This document shows positions 38,306 to 48,676 of a stretch of DNA of 64,000 nt, piece by piece. The notes under the pieces were generated by a model. The model searched no databases. It worked only from the letters and a program-made list of their open reading frames with translations, and had not been told where the DNA came from. The stretch is taken from the NCBI GenBank assembly GCA_050950765.1, contig JBMNIF010000002.1, positions 512,001-576,000 of the forward strand, written 5' to 3'. Position 1 is the stretch's first letter; each line of letters begins with the position of its first letter. The position numbers and the translations under genes were made by a program. Origin of the DNA: Bdellovibrionota bacterium (GTDB lineage: Bacteria; Bdellovibrionota_C; UBA2361; JAAYZI01).

Positions 38306-39931
38306 CTAGAGATAGCCTCTTAGGTTTTCCATAACGGAGGTGATGTTTTGGAAATCTACATATTCACGCTGCACCTTAAGCTCTTGCGGTAGCACCTCCT
38401 GTTTAGAACCTTTATTATCAAGTCTAATAACGAAGAGGGATATTTTATCGGCGCACTTTTCATATTCATCTATAAGATCCTGTATACCATCCCCCTTTGT
38501 GATCGGAGTGTCCGTTATAACGATTACAGAACGGTTAAACTTAGCCTCTACTGCACAAACTTCCTTTAGCGCTTGAGTGATAGCACGACCTCCGCCGCTT
38601 GGCGCTCCTATATCAGCACGATCTGTTTGCAGACCTTTACCTTTACTTTTACTTTTTACCTTACTTTTTTGCATCAGATGCAGAGCGTCACTTACCTTAC
38701 TTTTATCTCCGACCTCAATCACACTATTTTTAGGAGACCCACCGTCTGCAACAATCAGGTGTAAAACATCTTCATTTTTAGGAGTAAGCCAAAACTTTCC
38801 CTCCTCATTTTTCGCAATATCTGCGAAGGCTTCTTTTAATTCAGCACTAAAACTATCTCTTAGCCCCATCTCCGCATTTAAAACAAATACTGCATAGCTC
38901 GGCTTTCTTAAAAACTCCTGATACCGTCCTAAAAACCTATTTAATTGAAACTTATTTAAGCCGCTCCGCGTTGAAGCCTTTTGCAAGGGGCTTAAACCTC
39001 GCCAACTTTCAGAATCGTAATACTTACCGAAAGGAGTTCTGAAAAATGCACCTGCTAACCTTTTTTGTGCAGTCTTTCCCGTTAAGTAACGTTTAATATC
39101 TCTCACAAGTTTTTGTCTCTCCTTATCGCCTTTATGGAGATAAACAAGTTGTGCACTTATCCCATAAGGAGCTTGTGTAAAGTAGAGTACATCTCTCGGG
39201 ATGAGCCCTTCTTGACGCATCTTTTTATTAAATCTAGCTGCCATGCGTTCTGTTACAATAACAGCATCATAGTTGGGGTCTTCAAAAACCCCTCTAAAAT
39301 CAAGGGGATTAGGAGAGATAAAAGCTGCATTAGCTATAAAACGTTTTAAACTTTTTCTTAATTCTAACGGATTTTTTTCCGTTCCTTTTTTTTCTGCTAG
39401 TTTTAGAACTCCCAGATAAGTAGATAACCCGACGGGATGGTGCGTTGGCGTTAAAAAAGCGTATTTTAAACCCCCTTTTAAAGTTTCCTCAAAAAAAGCT
39501 TCCGCCTTTAAGGTACGATGAAATCCGTCTTGAAACGGCTTCCCCTTATCCTTATTAAACGCCACAACTATGGGGCTAAACATAATCTGTTTTATCTCAA
39601 GAGCAAGTCTTGTCGCTGCGGAAAGTTGTAGCCACTCTATGGAGGGCATCAGCACGATATCTGGATTTTGCAAAAGGTCTTCCTGCTGTAACGTTTGTAA
39701 GATCTCCGTGCTGGAGAGGTAGCGCACCCTAAAATCGTATTTATGATCCTTACGTTGCTTAGCGTAGATAAATTCAGTAATTGTATTTCCCAACTCGTGC
39801 AGATCTGGTGTGGCGATTATCTCAAAGGTGGGACGTTTTATTACGTTATCACTTTGAAGGTGTCTAAAGACAATTCCGAGTGACACGATACAGATTATAC
39901 ATAAGGTTAAAAAAAGGAGCTTCTGTCTCAT
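38306..39931 (-). CDS. Periplasmic solute-binding-like domain fused to a degenerate vWA domain
   Basis: N-terminal TM, IMFSPIVVA, P....GLS.YLG, YDAVI.E; C-terminal Rossmann-like GG.AI..AL and SVIVITD. Confidence 0.6.
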   Translation of the reverse strand: MRQKLLFLTLCIICIVSLGIVFRHLQSDNVIKRPTFEIIATPDLHELGNTITEFIYAKQRKDHKYDFRVRYLSSTEILQTLQQEDLLQNPDIVLMPSIEWLQLSAATRLALEIKQIMFSPIVVAFNKDKGKPFQDGFHRTLKAEAFFEETLKGGLKYAFLTPTHHPVGLSTYLGVLKLAEKKGTEKNPLELRKSLKRFIANAAFISPNPLDFRGVFEDPNYDAVIVTERMAARFNKKMRQEGLIPRDVLYFTQAPYGISAQLVYLHKGDKERQKLVRDIKRYLTGKTAQKRLAGAFFRTPFGKYYDSESWRGLSPLQKASTRSGLNKFQLNRFLGRYQEFLRKPSYAVFVLNAEMGLRDSFSAELKEAFADIAKNEEGKFWLTPKNEDVLHLIVADGGSPKNSVIEVGDKSKVSDALHLMQKSKVKSKSKGKGLQTDRADIGAPSGGGRAITQALKEVCAVEAKFNRSVIVITDTPITKGDGIQDLIDEYEKCADKISLFVIRLDNKGSKQEVLPQELKVQREYVDFQNITSVMENLRGYL

Positions 39932-40151
39932 AACAGAATGATTCTATTTAAGTGCCCCTCACGTCAAGAGAGAGAATATCTAACAAAGCATAATCTTCTT
40001 TAAGAACTTATAAAGGTGCCCCTACCTGTGTCAATAAGGGAGGCACTACCTGTATCAACTGTAAACTTATAAAGGTGCCGCCCGCATAGATTGGTAAAGA
40101 TATGGTAGAGATAGAGATCGGTAAAAATAGAGGTGGGGTATTTAACTCCCC

Positions 40152-42035
40152 CTACTCAATCTCAACTATCTGATACGGATTAACCCCCACTACATAATCA
40201 TCCATAGCATCTTTAATCTGCTGGGCTTGCGTTCTGCAATCCGTAGTTACCAACTGACCGTAACGTGTTCGATCACATTGATTTTTGCGCCATTCAGCTC
40301 CATCACAGATCTCCCCCACCTGTGTTAGTAAGGGAGCCCAGACACCACCTGTATCAACTGCAAACTTATAAAGGTGCCGCATAGATTGGTAGAAAGGCTT
40401 AGAGGCGGTTTTGTTATTAAATACACCTTCACAATCACTACCAAAATCAGAACACCCTGAGCTCCCTCTTACAAAATCATATATACCGGTTTTATTTTTT
40501 GAAGACCTAAACTCAGCATCAGTAAAACACGTCCCCGTCTCAGTATTTTCTAAAGCAACCCAGTGTGGTCCCACATCCTTACCAACAGGAAAGATGTGTA
40601 GAGGGATATTGTTGGCTACCATAGTATTAACTACCCTCTGCAATTCATTCATGCCGTTTACATAGTAATTATAATCGCTTGCATTGCAATGTACTCCTGT
40701 AGTATCTCCATCCCAACAAGTTTGTAAACCATCAGTAAAAAGCACCACTGCATTAGAAACGTTTTCAGAAGCCCCCTCACTATCAGCAAGTAACCTCTGA
40801 ACCGCCTCTTCAAGCGCCTGCTTTATATGTGTTTGCCCCCTATTCGCTTGCGGACGTTTATTTATATCTACACTATCAAACATAGGGATTAAACCGTACC
40901 TAACAGCACGCTCTACACCAGCACTTACATTTGAAAAAGGATCACGCGTATTAATATCATCACTATCAAAGATACAGCCCTCTTCATCTGTATCTCCATC
41001 AGAGTAATCGGTAAAATTTATTAGTTGATCTAACTTATCGGTTAAGACCGTCATCCTTGGCCAGAAGAGACCGTTTGAAAACATTATAACTCCCGCCTTA
41101 TCTCCCGCTACGCTACGCGCCTTAAAAGCTTTTAAGGCGTTATGAATACCGTCATAGATATCAGCTAACGGTTGAGGTCTCCCTTTAGTGCCTACTCCCC
41201 TATAAGCATAAACATGGAAAGACTCTCTACTGCCAAAGTTATATCTTTCATCTCCGATCTCTCTAGTAAATTTATCTTTACACGGATCAGCTGTGCTTGG
41301 GCAAGGGTGGAGATCTCGAAGCTCGTTACAAGTAAAATTATTATAATCGTCATCACCAAGTACAAACTTCTGTTTGTAGTGCTTTGTATCTTCTCCAAAA
41401 GAAGTAAGCCTAAAAGTATAACAAGTATCACTTATCACATAATCAGGGCAATTATACTCAAAATTAAAGGTATCTTGTGTAGTAGAGAAAGAGGTATCAA
41501 CTAAAAAATAGATATGCCTCGGCACCACCATAGCCGTAGCTTTTACATAGGGGGCGATCTCTTTTATACCGAAGAACCTTCCAAAAGACATCTCCGTATC
41601 TCGTACATAGTTACCTGAGATACGTACGGCGTTAGGAGTGGTGCAATCTCCTGTCTCATCCGGAGTAAAAACCTGCTTTCCTAAGCTCTCGTCTCTCTTC
41701 CAACACCCCAACTCTAAACGAAAGAGGCTTTCTTCACCTAAACCAACTGCCCTTTGAGCAGACGCAGCATCTTCACTTTTAGGATCGTTATCATTTAATA
41801 ACTTATTTACAGCCTCTACGGCTGCCTCTTTTGCCGCTTCTTTAGTTTCGTTAAGTGCCCTCGCTGAAACGTACTCTTCTAAAGCTCTTAAAGTTGCAAG
41901 TTTGGTATTTTGTCTCGCTTTTTCAGCGTCGTTCATCATACGACTAACATCGATAACTATGGCAGCGAGACCAAAAATAACTATCATCGAGATACAGAAA
42001 AGAACCATAAAACCGCCGTTTTCTCGCTTCTTCAT
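40152..42035 (-). CDS. TadG-like minor pilin with vWA domain
   Basis: RENGG|FMVLF...IFGLAAIVIDVS Tad N-terminus, NAVR, F..FFG..A.A; MIDAS DTSFS...T...FTDG; ATG at 42035 after AAGGAAGG. Confidence 0.82.
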   Translation of the reverse strand: MKKRENGGFMVLFCISMIVIFGLAAIVIDVSRMMNDAEKARQNTKLATLRALEEYVSARALNETKEAAKEAAVEAVNKLLNDNDPKSEDAASAQRAVGLGEESLFRLELGCWKRDESLGKQVFTPDETGDCTTPNAVRISGNYVRDTEMSFGRFFGIKEIAPYVKATAMVVPRHIYFLVDTSFSTTQDTFNFEYNCPDYVISDTCYTFRLTSFGEDTKHYKQKFVLGDDDYNNFTCNELRDLHPCPSTADPCKDKFTREIGDERYNFGSRESFHVYAYRGVGTKGRPQPLADIYDGIHNALKAFKARSVAGDKAGVIMFSNGLFWPRMTVLTDKLDQLINFTDYSDGDTDEEGCIFDSDDINTRDPFSNVSAGVERAVRYGLIPMFDSVDINKRPQANRGQTHIKQALEEAVQRLLADSEGASENVSNAVVLFTDGLQTCWDGDTTGVHCNASDYNYYVNGMNELQRVVNTMVANNIPLHIFPVGKDVGPHWVALENTETGTCFTDAEFRSSKNKTGIYDFVRGSSGCSDFGSDCEGVFNNKTASKPFYQSMRHLYKFAVDTGGVWAPLLTQVGEICDGAEWRKNQCDRTRYGQLVTTDCRTQAQQIKDAMDDYVVGVNPYQIVEIE

Positions 42036-42176
42036 TAGCACCTTCCTTTTCACTATTATTTAATCGATAACATTACTTTTTCTCGAGCTATTAAGATTAT
42101 AAATTTAACTCTACTATTTAAGTATTACGTAACACTTACTTCTTAAGATATCTAAAACTTATTACTAATAAGGTAG

Positions 42177-42218
42177 AGAGAAGGATTATAAAGTTACTCG
42201 CTATCATAATCCTTCTCT
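42177..42218 (-). terminator. 13-bp hairpin between the giant TadE-like gene and tadG-like gene
   Basis: AGAGAAGGATTAT/ATAATCCTTCTCT. Confidence 0.45.
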
Positions 42219-42239
42219 GCATTTTTTAATTATTCTTCC

Positions 42240-45200
42240 TTAACCTTGCTTGCTACGCACAACCCACTCACTTGTCGTTTCCATATAGTCACACCCAGCT
42301 ATCTTTGTAATATCTCCGCAATTTTCGATCTCAGATTCTGTCATACATACTTTTTTCTCACCTATGGTAACTTCTTTTTTACCACTTTCACAAACGCACA
42401 CACACTCACCTTTACTATTTCTTGAAGCAACAAGGCTTTGATGCCCACATTGAATTTTTGTCTCATCACATCCGCAAGCGCACTCATCGGCGTAATACCT
42501 TTCATCTTCTCCACAGCCGATATTTATTTTAGAATTACCCTTAAGATTTCCATTATCATCGTACTTACAGACACAAGTATTGTCTTCTACAATCTCGTTC
42601 TCGCCGCAACTTACACACTCTTCATTTTGCATTACAAACCCTGAATTGCAGATACAATCACCTACTTCTTCATCCCATACTGAGTTTTCAGTACACGTCT
42701 GACATTCACAATAAGAACCATTCATAACGAGGTGTTGGTTCTCTCCTTGACAGAAATCTCCTAGGTTTGCAGCACCTGCCCCGTCTTTTTTCTTAGCACG
42801 TCCTGTTAATGAGTCTCTATCATAGATACAAGCACACTGCGTATATATAGATGCAGAACTACTTCCACTATGCGGCACAAGTTCTGTCCCATCAGGGCAA
42901 AAATCACAACTACAATTAGTCGTATCTATTAAATATTGCCCCTGCTCATGACACTTTTCTTCACTAGTTGTTATATCATCATCACCATCAATCCCAGTTG
43001 TACAGTCGCAACCAGTACCATCTTCATTTCCAACAAAAACTGTGCCATCTTCTGCGCAATCAACACATTCACAAGATGCTTCCTTAAATTGTTTACCTTC
43101 ATGAGCGCACTTTTCCTTTACAAGCGCTTGAACTTCTTCACTACACTCACAATTTAGTGACTTGCTATCAGTTGGTGTTTGAGAATCTTCAAGGGTGTTC
43201 GGAGTGCCCGCTCTATAATTACCGTCACAGATACACCCCGACCCATCTTCAGATAATCTTTGATTGGGATTAGTAGTGCACGTCACACACGCACACTCTG
43301 CATAATCAAAGTATTCATCGTCGTTGTCACATTCTTCTTCGAAGTGTTTTCCACCTTCTTCACTATACTTACACTCTTCACAGTTTAACTTTGTTATATC
43401 TGAAGACTCACCTAACTTATGATAAGAATCGCACGCACAAGCTTCTACTCCGACCCCTCCAGTACTTGTAGTATTCTCTCCGCAAGAGAGGCAGTCACAC
43501 TTTTCATAATCGAAGTATGTACCTTCAGGACATTTAGTACCATCACTACCAAATGCAGCGCCGTCTACGTCTGAAGCATATTTACAAACGCAATCTCCTA
43601 TCTCTTCACCTTCAGTAGATATAGTTTGATATGGAGTACAACAACTGCACTGAGTTATACTAAAGTTTCTTGAGTCCTTAATACAGGCTTCGTATTTGGT
43701 TTTAGTCTCTCCCTCTGTTATATTACAGGAACAGGTGCTACCTTTTACCGCTACACTATCTTCACATTTACAATAAGCAGCGTTACCTTCTCTAATAAAC
43801 GTACCACCTGTTTTTTCGCATAACTCTTCAAGCGTAGCAATATCAACATTATTAGGTCCAGCACCGGAGCTATTGCCCTTACCGTCGCCACCGCCGCTAC
43901 CACCTTTTCCGCACTTTGCAGAATCTGTACAGGTACAACTTAAGCCGTCACCTTTATAGCCGTTAGTAGTATCACAGACACAAGTTGTACCATTAAAAGT
44001 TGCTCCCGTAGCAGTACAACACTTCTCCTCCTTGCAGGAACACGATCCCTTTTCACTGTAATAACCTTGTGAGTTGTCGCAGACGCAAGTATGGTTACCT
44101 TGTGCATCAGTACCTGCCGCATAACCTTTCTTAGAATCACAAACACAGTTCCCATTAGCATCTTGGAAGGTATTGGCTATACAAATACACCCTGCTTCTG
44201 TTGCTTCTCTAAAATCTTGATTTCGACAAACACAGTTATCTGTCCCTGCTTCAAACTCATTACTGACACAGGTGCAACTACCATTTATCAGTGAACGATT
44301 GTTTTCACAGACACAGTTTCCGCCGTATGCCTTAAAGTATTTATTCTCATCACAGACACAGATACCGTCTTTCCTTATATAATTATTACGGCAGACGCAG
44401 TTAGGCAGCTTAACAGAAACGCCCTCTATTGTCTCAGTTTTATAACTCAATACCTCATTATTCGAACAACTTCCTATACCACCACAATCACAAGTATCTT
44501 CGCTAAATGGATTATAACCATGATCCTTACACCAAGCAGAGATCTCTCTTTTTTGAGCTTCTGTATAATTACATTCACACCTTTCAGTAGCAGAATTGTA
44601 AGTTTTATTTCTATCCCTACATTCGCAATCGCAGGTAGCTTTATTAAACTTTAAACCTCGATCACTACACCATTTTTGCACTGCCGTTTCATTACAAGAG
44701 CCGCCACCGCCGCCACCTGCTAGATCTCCAGCAGCTACTCCACCTCCTGTAATACCATCAGAGATATCACAGCTACAGATCTCAGTGTAATACGCCACCT
44801 TTTTATCGTAGCAGTATTGTTTAGAATTTGGTGTATTAGCCTCCTCATCATCACACTCACAGGCACAGGTATCTGTATTTAACTTACCAAGCCCGTTCTT
44901 TGTTATACAATCTTCAGGGGTAAGGGGGCACTCACAAACCATACTCCCCTCTTCCTCTGTAACTACAAAGTTCTCAGGACAGACACACTCATAATACCCT
45001 TTTTTAGTCTCTTTTACCGTCCAAGCTCCACTTCCACAAGAATCACAGGAGCAGGTCTCTGCGTTAAAGATAGAAGCTCCTTGCCTAGTACAATCATCTT
45101 GAGAATCCCTATATTTAGGACATTGACATTCACAATAATACTTCGTCTCTTTTTTTTCATTTATAGTTATAGTTTTAGATTTTTTACTAGGTACCTTATT

Positions 45201-46901
45201 CCCCTTACATCCATTAGGATCACAACTAAGCTCACATGTATATTTATCGTTATTTTTAATAAGGTGTGCTTGGAGCATTTTATCTCCATCTAATCCACCT
45301 AGCTTTGAAACATCACATTCGCACATACAGTTATCTTGATTAACTTTCTGATGGTCAGGATCGTAGCAGTTACTATTCTCTTTAAAATATTCTTTTAAAG
45401 TATATATTTTGTAACAATCACAACTATCACGTGCCGTTCTTCCCTTTTTAGCTGGATCGCTACAAGCACAATATAAAGATGAAGAGTTAGCACTTCTCTC
45501 AGTGCCTTCAGGACAATCGACACAAGTCCAGTGCCCATCGATTACTTGTACAGTTTGATTATCTTCACAATCACAATCACAAGTTGGAATTTGGCTTGAA
45601 GGTGTCAAGCTTTTACAAAGCCCTTTTTCACATTCGCACCATTCATTTCCTGCCCCATCACTCTTTTTAACAGAGCCTCGATTACATATTTGACAATTAC
45701 CGCTGGCATTTTTTACATAATTATCATTACAAACACACTCTAAACCATCTTCAGAGGCGTGCGCATTAGATCCGCACTGTACGCACTGACAGGCACTATT
45801 AACTACTGTTTTACACCCTTCAAAAGTTGCCTCATCAGTAGGTTTAAGATCTGTTGGTGTAGGATTAGCACTATTGTCGCAACAGATACTATCACCAACC
45901 TCCTTCCAAACTAGCTTTGAATAATCGCAGACACAACTGTTATCTTCTGCGCTATACTCTTGATTCTCCGCACAGTTATTACAGTAACAGCCGCCACCTG
46001 TCTCGTAAGTGCCGACTACGCCTGCACACACAAAGCCACTCCCCTCGATATCATAGAGGCATCGACATCCACTCCCTTCTTCATCTGTATACAACACCTC
46101 ATTTGGTCCACAATTTGTTGTATTATTTACACATGCACAGACTCCACGCTCATCTCTAATAGCGACCTGATAGGCGGTATTACAATTAATCAGTTCAGGC
46201 TTACAAAGACACTTTCCATCTTCATCCTTTTCACACTCTAATAACGGCGGCATATTTGATTTCGTACTAAGCTCTCTATAAGCAGAAGCTTTAGCTGTAA
46301 AAACAAAATCAGGTATCCACGGTGAAAGTGTTTTATACTTGGTGTGGACTGTCACTTCTATTGGGATTCTAGTTAGACCGTCTCTTAACGATTTCGATTC
46401 CTCAGTAGCTTCACCCTCAAGAGCGTACTTAGCTCCTTGAACGGGGAGTTTAATCTCTATTATTCCTTTATCTGTTGCTTTTCCTTGCTCGTCATCTCTT
46501 ACAGCTAATAGCTGCACAACCCCTTTGTCATTAACCTTTCTCTCTTCAATCTCTTTATCGTTTAGAGTTCCGATTAAAAAACCCTCCATATACTTATAAG
46601 CACGGTCTCTAATGCTTATCATCGCAGGTGCATTTTCTTGAATACCAACTTCACTACACTCTTCCTGACCAGTATTCATATTCACTACGCAAAGATCTTT
46701 GACCACATCTTCAAGATCCGGCACAACAGCTGCCAGTTGTGCAGCCTGTTCTGCTGCATTTTGGATGGTGGTCTTAGCATAAAGCGCAAATGAAAAGTCT
46801 ATAATTCCTAAAATTAGGATTAGGAATATCGGTATTCCTATGGCGAACTCAACCATCGTTGCACCACAATTTCTTACGTTGTTATTTTTAATAGTAGTCA
46901 T
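42240..46901 (-). CDS. Giant TadE-like pseudopilin with ~1330-aa cysteine-rich repeat extension
   Basis: G|ATMVEFAIGIPIFLILILGIIDFS..A.QAA..AA TadE motif; from ~aa 220 onward dozens of C-x-C/C-x-C-x-C units; ATG at 46901 after GAGG. Confidence 0.85.
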   Translation of the reverse strand: MTTIKNNNVRNCGATMVEFAIGIPIFLILILGIIDFSFALYAKTTIQNAAEQAAQLAAVVPDLEDVVKDLCVVNMNTGQEECSEVGIQENAPAMISIRDRAYKYMEGFLIGTLNDKEIEERKVNDKGVVQLLAVRDDEQGKATDKGIIEIKLPVQGAKYALEGEATEESKSLRDGLTRIPIEVTVHTKYKTLSPWIPDFVFTAKASAYRELSTKSNMPPLLECEKDEDGKCLCKPELINCNTAYQVAIRDERGVCACVNNTTNCGPNEVLYTDEEGSGCRCLYDIEGSGFVCAGVVGTYETGGGCYCNNCAENQEYSAEDNSCVCDYSKLVWKEVGDSICCDNSANPTPTDLKPTDEATFEGCKTVVNSACQCVQCGSNAHASEDGLECVCNDNYVKNASGNCQICNRGSVKKSDGAGNEWCECEKGLCKSLTPSSQIPTCDCDCEDNQTVQVIDGHWTCVDCPEGTERSANSSSLYCACSDPAKKGRTARDSCDCYKIYTLKEYFKENSNCYDPDHQKVNQDNCMCECDVSKLGGLDGDKMLQAHLIKNNDKYTCELSCDPNGCKGNKVPSKKSKTITINEKKETKYYCECQCPKYRDSQDDCTRQGASIFNAETCSCDSCGSGAWTVKETKKGYYECVCPENFVVTEEEGSMVCECPLTPEDCITKNGLGKLNTDTCACECDDEEANTPNSKQYCYDKKVAYYTEICSCDISDGITGGGVAAGDLAGGGGGGSCNETAVQKWCSDRGLKFNKATCDCECRDRNKTYNSATERCECNYTEAQKREISAWCKDHGYNPFSEDTCDCGGIGSCSNNEVLSYKTETIEGVSVKLPNCVCRNNYIRKDGICVCDENKYFKAYGGNCVCENNRSLINGSCTCVSNEFEAGTDNCVCRNQDFREATEAGCICIANTFQDANGNCVCDSKKGYAAGTDAQGNHTCVCDNSQGYYSEKGSCSCKEEKCCTATGATFNGTTCVCDTTNGYKGDGLSCTCTDSAKCGKGGSGGGDGKGNSSGAGPNNVDIATLEELCEKTGGTFIREGNAAYCKCEDSVAVKGSTCSCNITEGETKTKYEACIKDSRNFSITQCSCCTPYQTISTEGEEIGDCVCKYASDVDGAAFGSDGTKCPEGTYFDYEKCDCLSCGENTTSTGGVGVEACACDSYHKLGESSDITKLNCEECKYSEEGGKHFEEECDNDDEYFDYAECACVTCTTNPNQRLSEDGSGCICDGNYRAGTPNTLEDSQTPTDSKSLNCECSEEVQALVKEKCAHEGKQFKEASCECVDCAEDGTVFVGNEDGTGCDCTTGIDGDDDITTSEEKCHEQGQYLIDTTNCSCDFCPDGTELVPHSGSSSASIYTQCACIYDRDSLTGRAKKKDGAGAANLGDFCQGENQHLVMNGSYCECQTCTENSVWDEEVGDCICNSGFVMQNEECVSCGENEIVEDNTCVCKYDDNGNLKGNSKINIGCGEDERYYADECACGCDETKIQCGHQSLVASRNSKGECVCVCESGKKEVTIGEKKVCMTESEIENCGDITKIAGCDYMETTSEWVVRSKQG

Positions 46902-46931
46902 AATAATTACCTCATTAAATACCAACACTTC

Positions 46932-47600
46932 CTAGTTTCTAATCAGATATGGAGTAGTCTCCGTTATAGTAACGTCAGCCTTACCTCCTATAAACACCGC
47001 GAAATTAAAGATACTTTTATACGGCACCGAGACCTCTACCTTCACACGAGTGACTGAGGAAACTGAATAAACAACATCCTCTGTATTATCATTTTTTTCA
47101 GCACACGGTTTGTACTCATCGCCACACAAGGTTTCAACTTTTCTAATAGATCCCTCTGGCTCAATATAATTCGAATATCCCGCCCATCTAGGCGGTTTTT
47201 GTCTTCTTAAAAGTGAATTAACCCTATCTAATACAGCGTACTGCGCAACGTTACTGCCATCTATAACAGAAGAACGCTCTCCATTCCCCACCTCCGTAGC
47301 ATACCCCTTTCCGATACTCGGTCTCGAAGCAGCAAACCTAGCACCTTCATAAGCGATACTTTTTAATTTGAAGTATTCGTTCAAATAACAGGAGACTTCA
47401 AAGATGCCGACCAATATCAGTAGCATCACAGGAGCAACCAGCGCTAACTCTACTAAAACCAATCCACGCTCTTTTATATTTTTCCTGCTCGTGCTTTTAG
47501 AAGAGGGGAAAAGGTGAGATAACCCTCTGTAAAATTTTGTCCTTTCTGTTTTTTCTGAAGCACTAAGCATAATTAAACCGAAAAAACTTATAACAACCAC
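46932..47600 (-). CDS. TadE-like pseudopilin
   Basis: ERG|LVLVELALVAPVMLLILVGIFE and AYEGARFAA motifs; start uncertain (47570 possible). Confidence 0.85.
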   Translation of the reverse strand: MVVISFFGLIMLSASEKTERTKFYRGLSHLFPSSKSTSRKNIKERGLVLVELALVAPVMLLILVGIFEVSCYLNEYFKLKSIAYEGARFAASRPSIGKGYATEVGNGERSSVIDGSNVAQYAVLDRVNSLLRRQKPPRWAGYSNYIEPEGSIRKVETLCGDEYKPCAEKNDNTEDVVYSVSSVTRVKVEVSVPYKSIFNFAVFIGGKADVTITETTPYLIRN

Positions 47601-48074
47601 ATAAAAACTGCCGCCTTTCTCTTAAGAAAGGTCACTACCGAACAGACAAGAGAGAACGTGGTACCTAAAAAACGGTACTCACAACTCACGCAAAAAAACG
47701 TACTTAGGGAGTCTGCAAGAAACGATCCTTATTTATATTTAAAAAAACTCCCTTTGTTACCGTTTATTCAATAACTAGCAATTTCTTGTAGATGCAGATC
47801 ACTTCAAAAAAGATCTTTTTATTTTATTATGAATAGAGCACCCCTATGCTCCTCCAACGCTCTATTCTAGGCAAGAGTAAAAGATTACGGGATAAAGCGC
47901 TGAATATCATTCATAAAAAGGGGAATTACTCAACACAAAGAACGTTAGGCGCCCCCTTTCACTTAACCTTAAAGGTAAAAAGAATCACTATTTTCTGAAT
48001 CCTCACCACCAAACCTCTAATCTATGAAAGGTGCTGTCTTTTCATTTTAATATTTTTAAGGATGCTTTTTTAAG

Positions 48075-48656
48075 GTGCTAAGCATGTTTAACATTACTAA
48101 TCTTTTTCAAGATTTTTCCCTCGAACTCTTCTTCTGGATCTGCGCCATAATAGGTACATTGATCTTTTCCATCCGCCTTTTTATGACGATTTCAGGGCTC
48201 GGTGGTGATGATTTAATCTCAGAAGGTGTAGATGATATCGATGCAGATAGCGGATTAAACCTCATCTCTCTTACAACTGTTGTCGCCTTTATAATGATGT
48301 TCGGCTGGGTCGGTATCGCCAGTCTAAAAGCAGATAATGTCGGCGCTGGATTTTCAATATTATTTGCCACCGTCGCCGGTCTCTTGACTATGGTTCTTAT
48401 CGCTTACCTTTTTAAGTGGATCTTCTCTCTGACAGAGCAAGGTGATGTTTTTCAACCTTCCGACGCTCTAGGAAAAACTGCTGAAGTTTTTGAAAAGATC
48501 TCAGCAGGGGGTAAGGGTATGGTCTTTTTAAATATGCAAGGTCATAGAAGAGAGTTTACAGCCACTTCCGAAGATGGCGAGGAGATCCCCTCTTTTACTA
48601 AAGTAGTTATTCAAAAGATCGTTGATCAATCTTCAGTTGTAGTAAAAAAACTTTAA
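48075..48656 (+). CDS. NfeD-like membrane protein (flotillin partner)
   Basis: Three TMs, F.MMFGW.G, C-terminal OB-like G..A.V...I...G.G.V; directly upstream of flotillin. Confidence 0.85.
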   Translation: MLSMFNITNLFQDFSLELFFWICAIIGTLIFSIRLFMTISGLGGDDLISEGVDDIDADSGLNLISLTTVVAFIMMFGWVGIASLKADNVGAGFSILFATVAGLLTMVLIAYLFKWIFSLTEQGDVFQPSDALGKTAEVFEKISAGGKGMVFLNMQGHRREFTATSEDGEEIPSFTKVVIQKIVDQSSVVVKKL

Positions 48657-48676
48657 CCCTATTTAAGGAGCATACT

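Noticed and set aside
40005..40400. Diversity-generating retroelement TR/VR pair
   Set aside because: Differences include indels and non-adenine changes; no reverse transcriptase or Avd gene in the window
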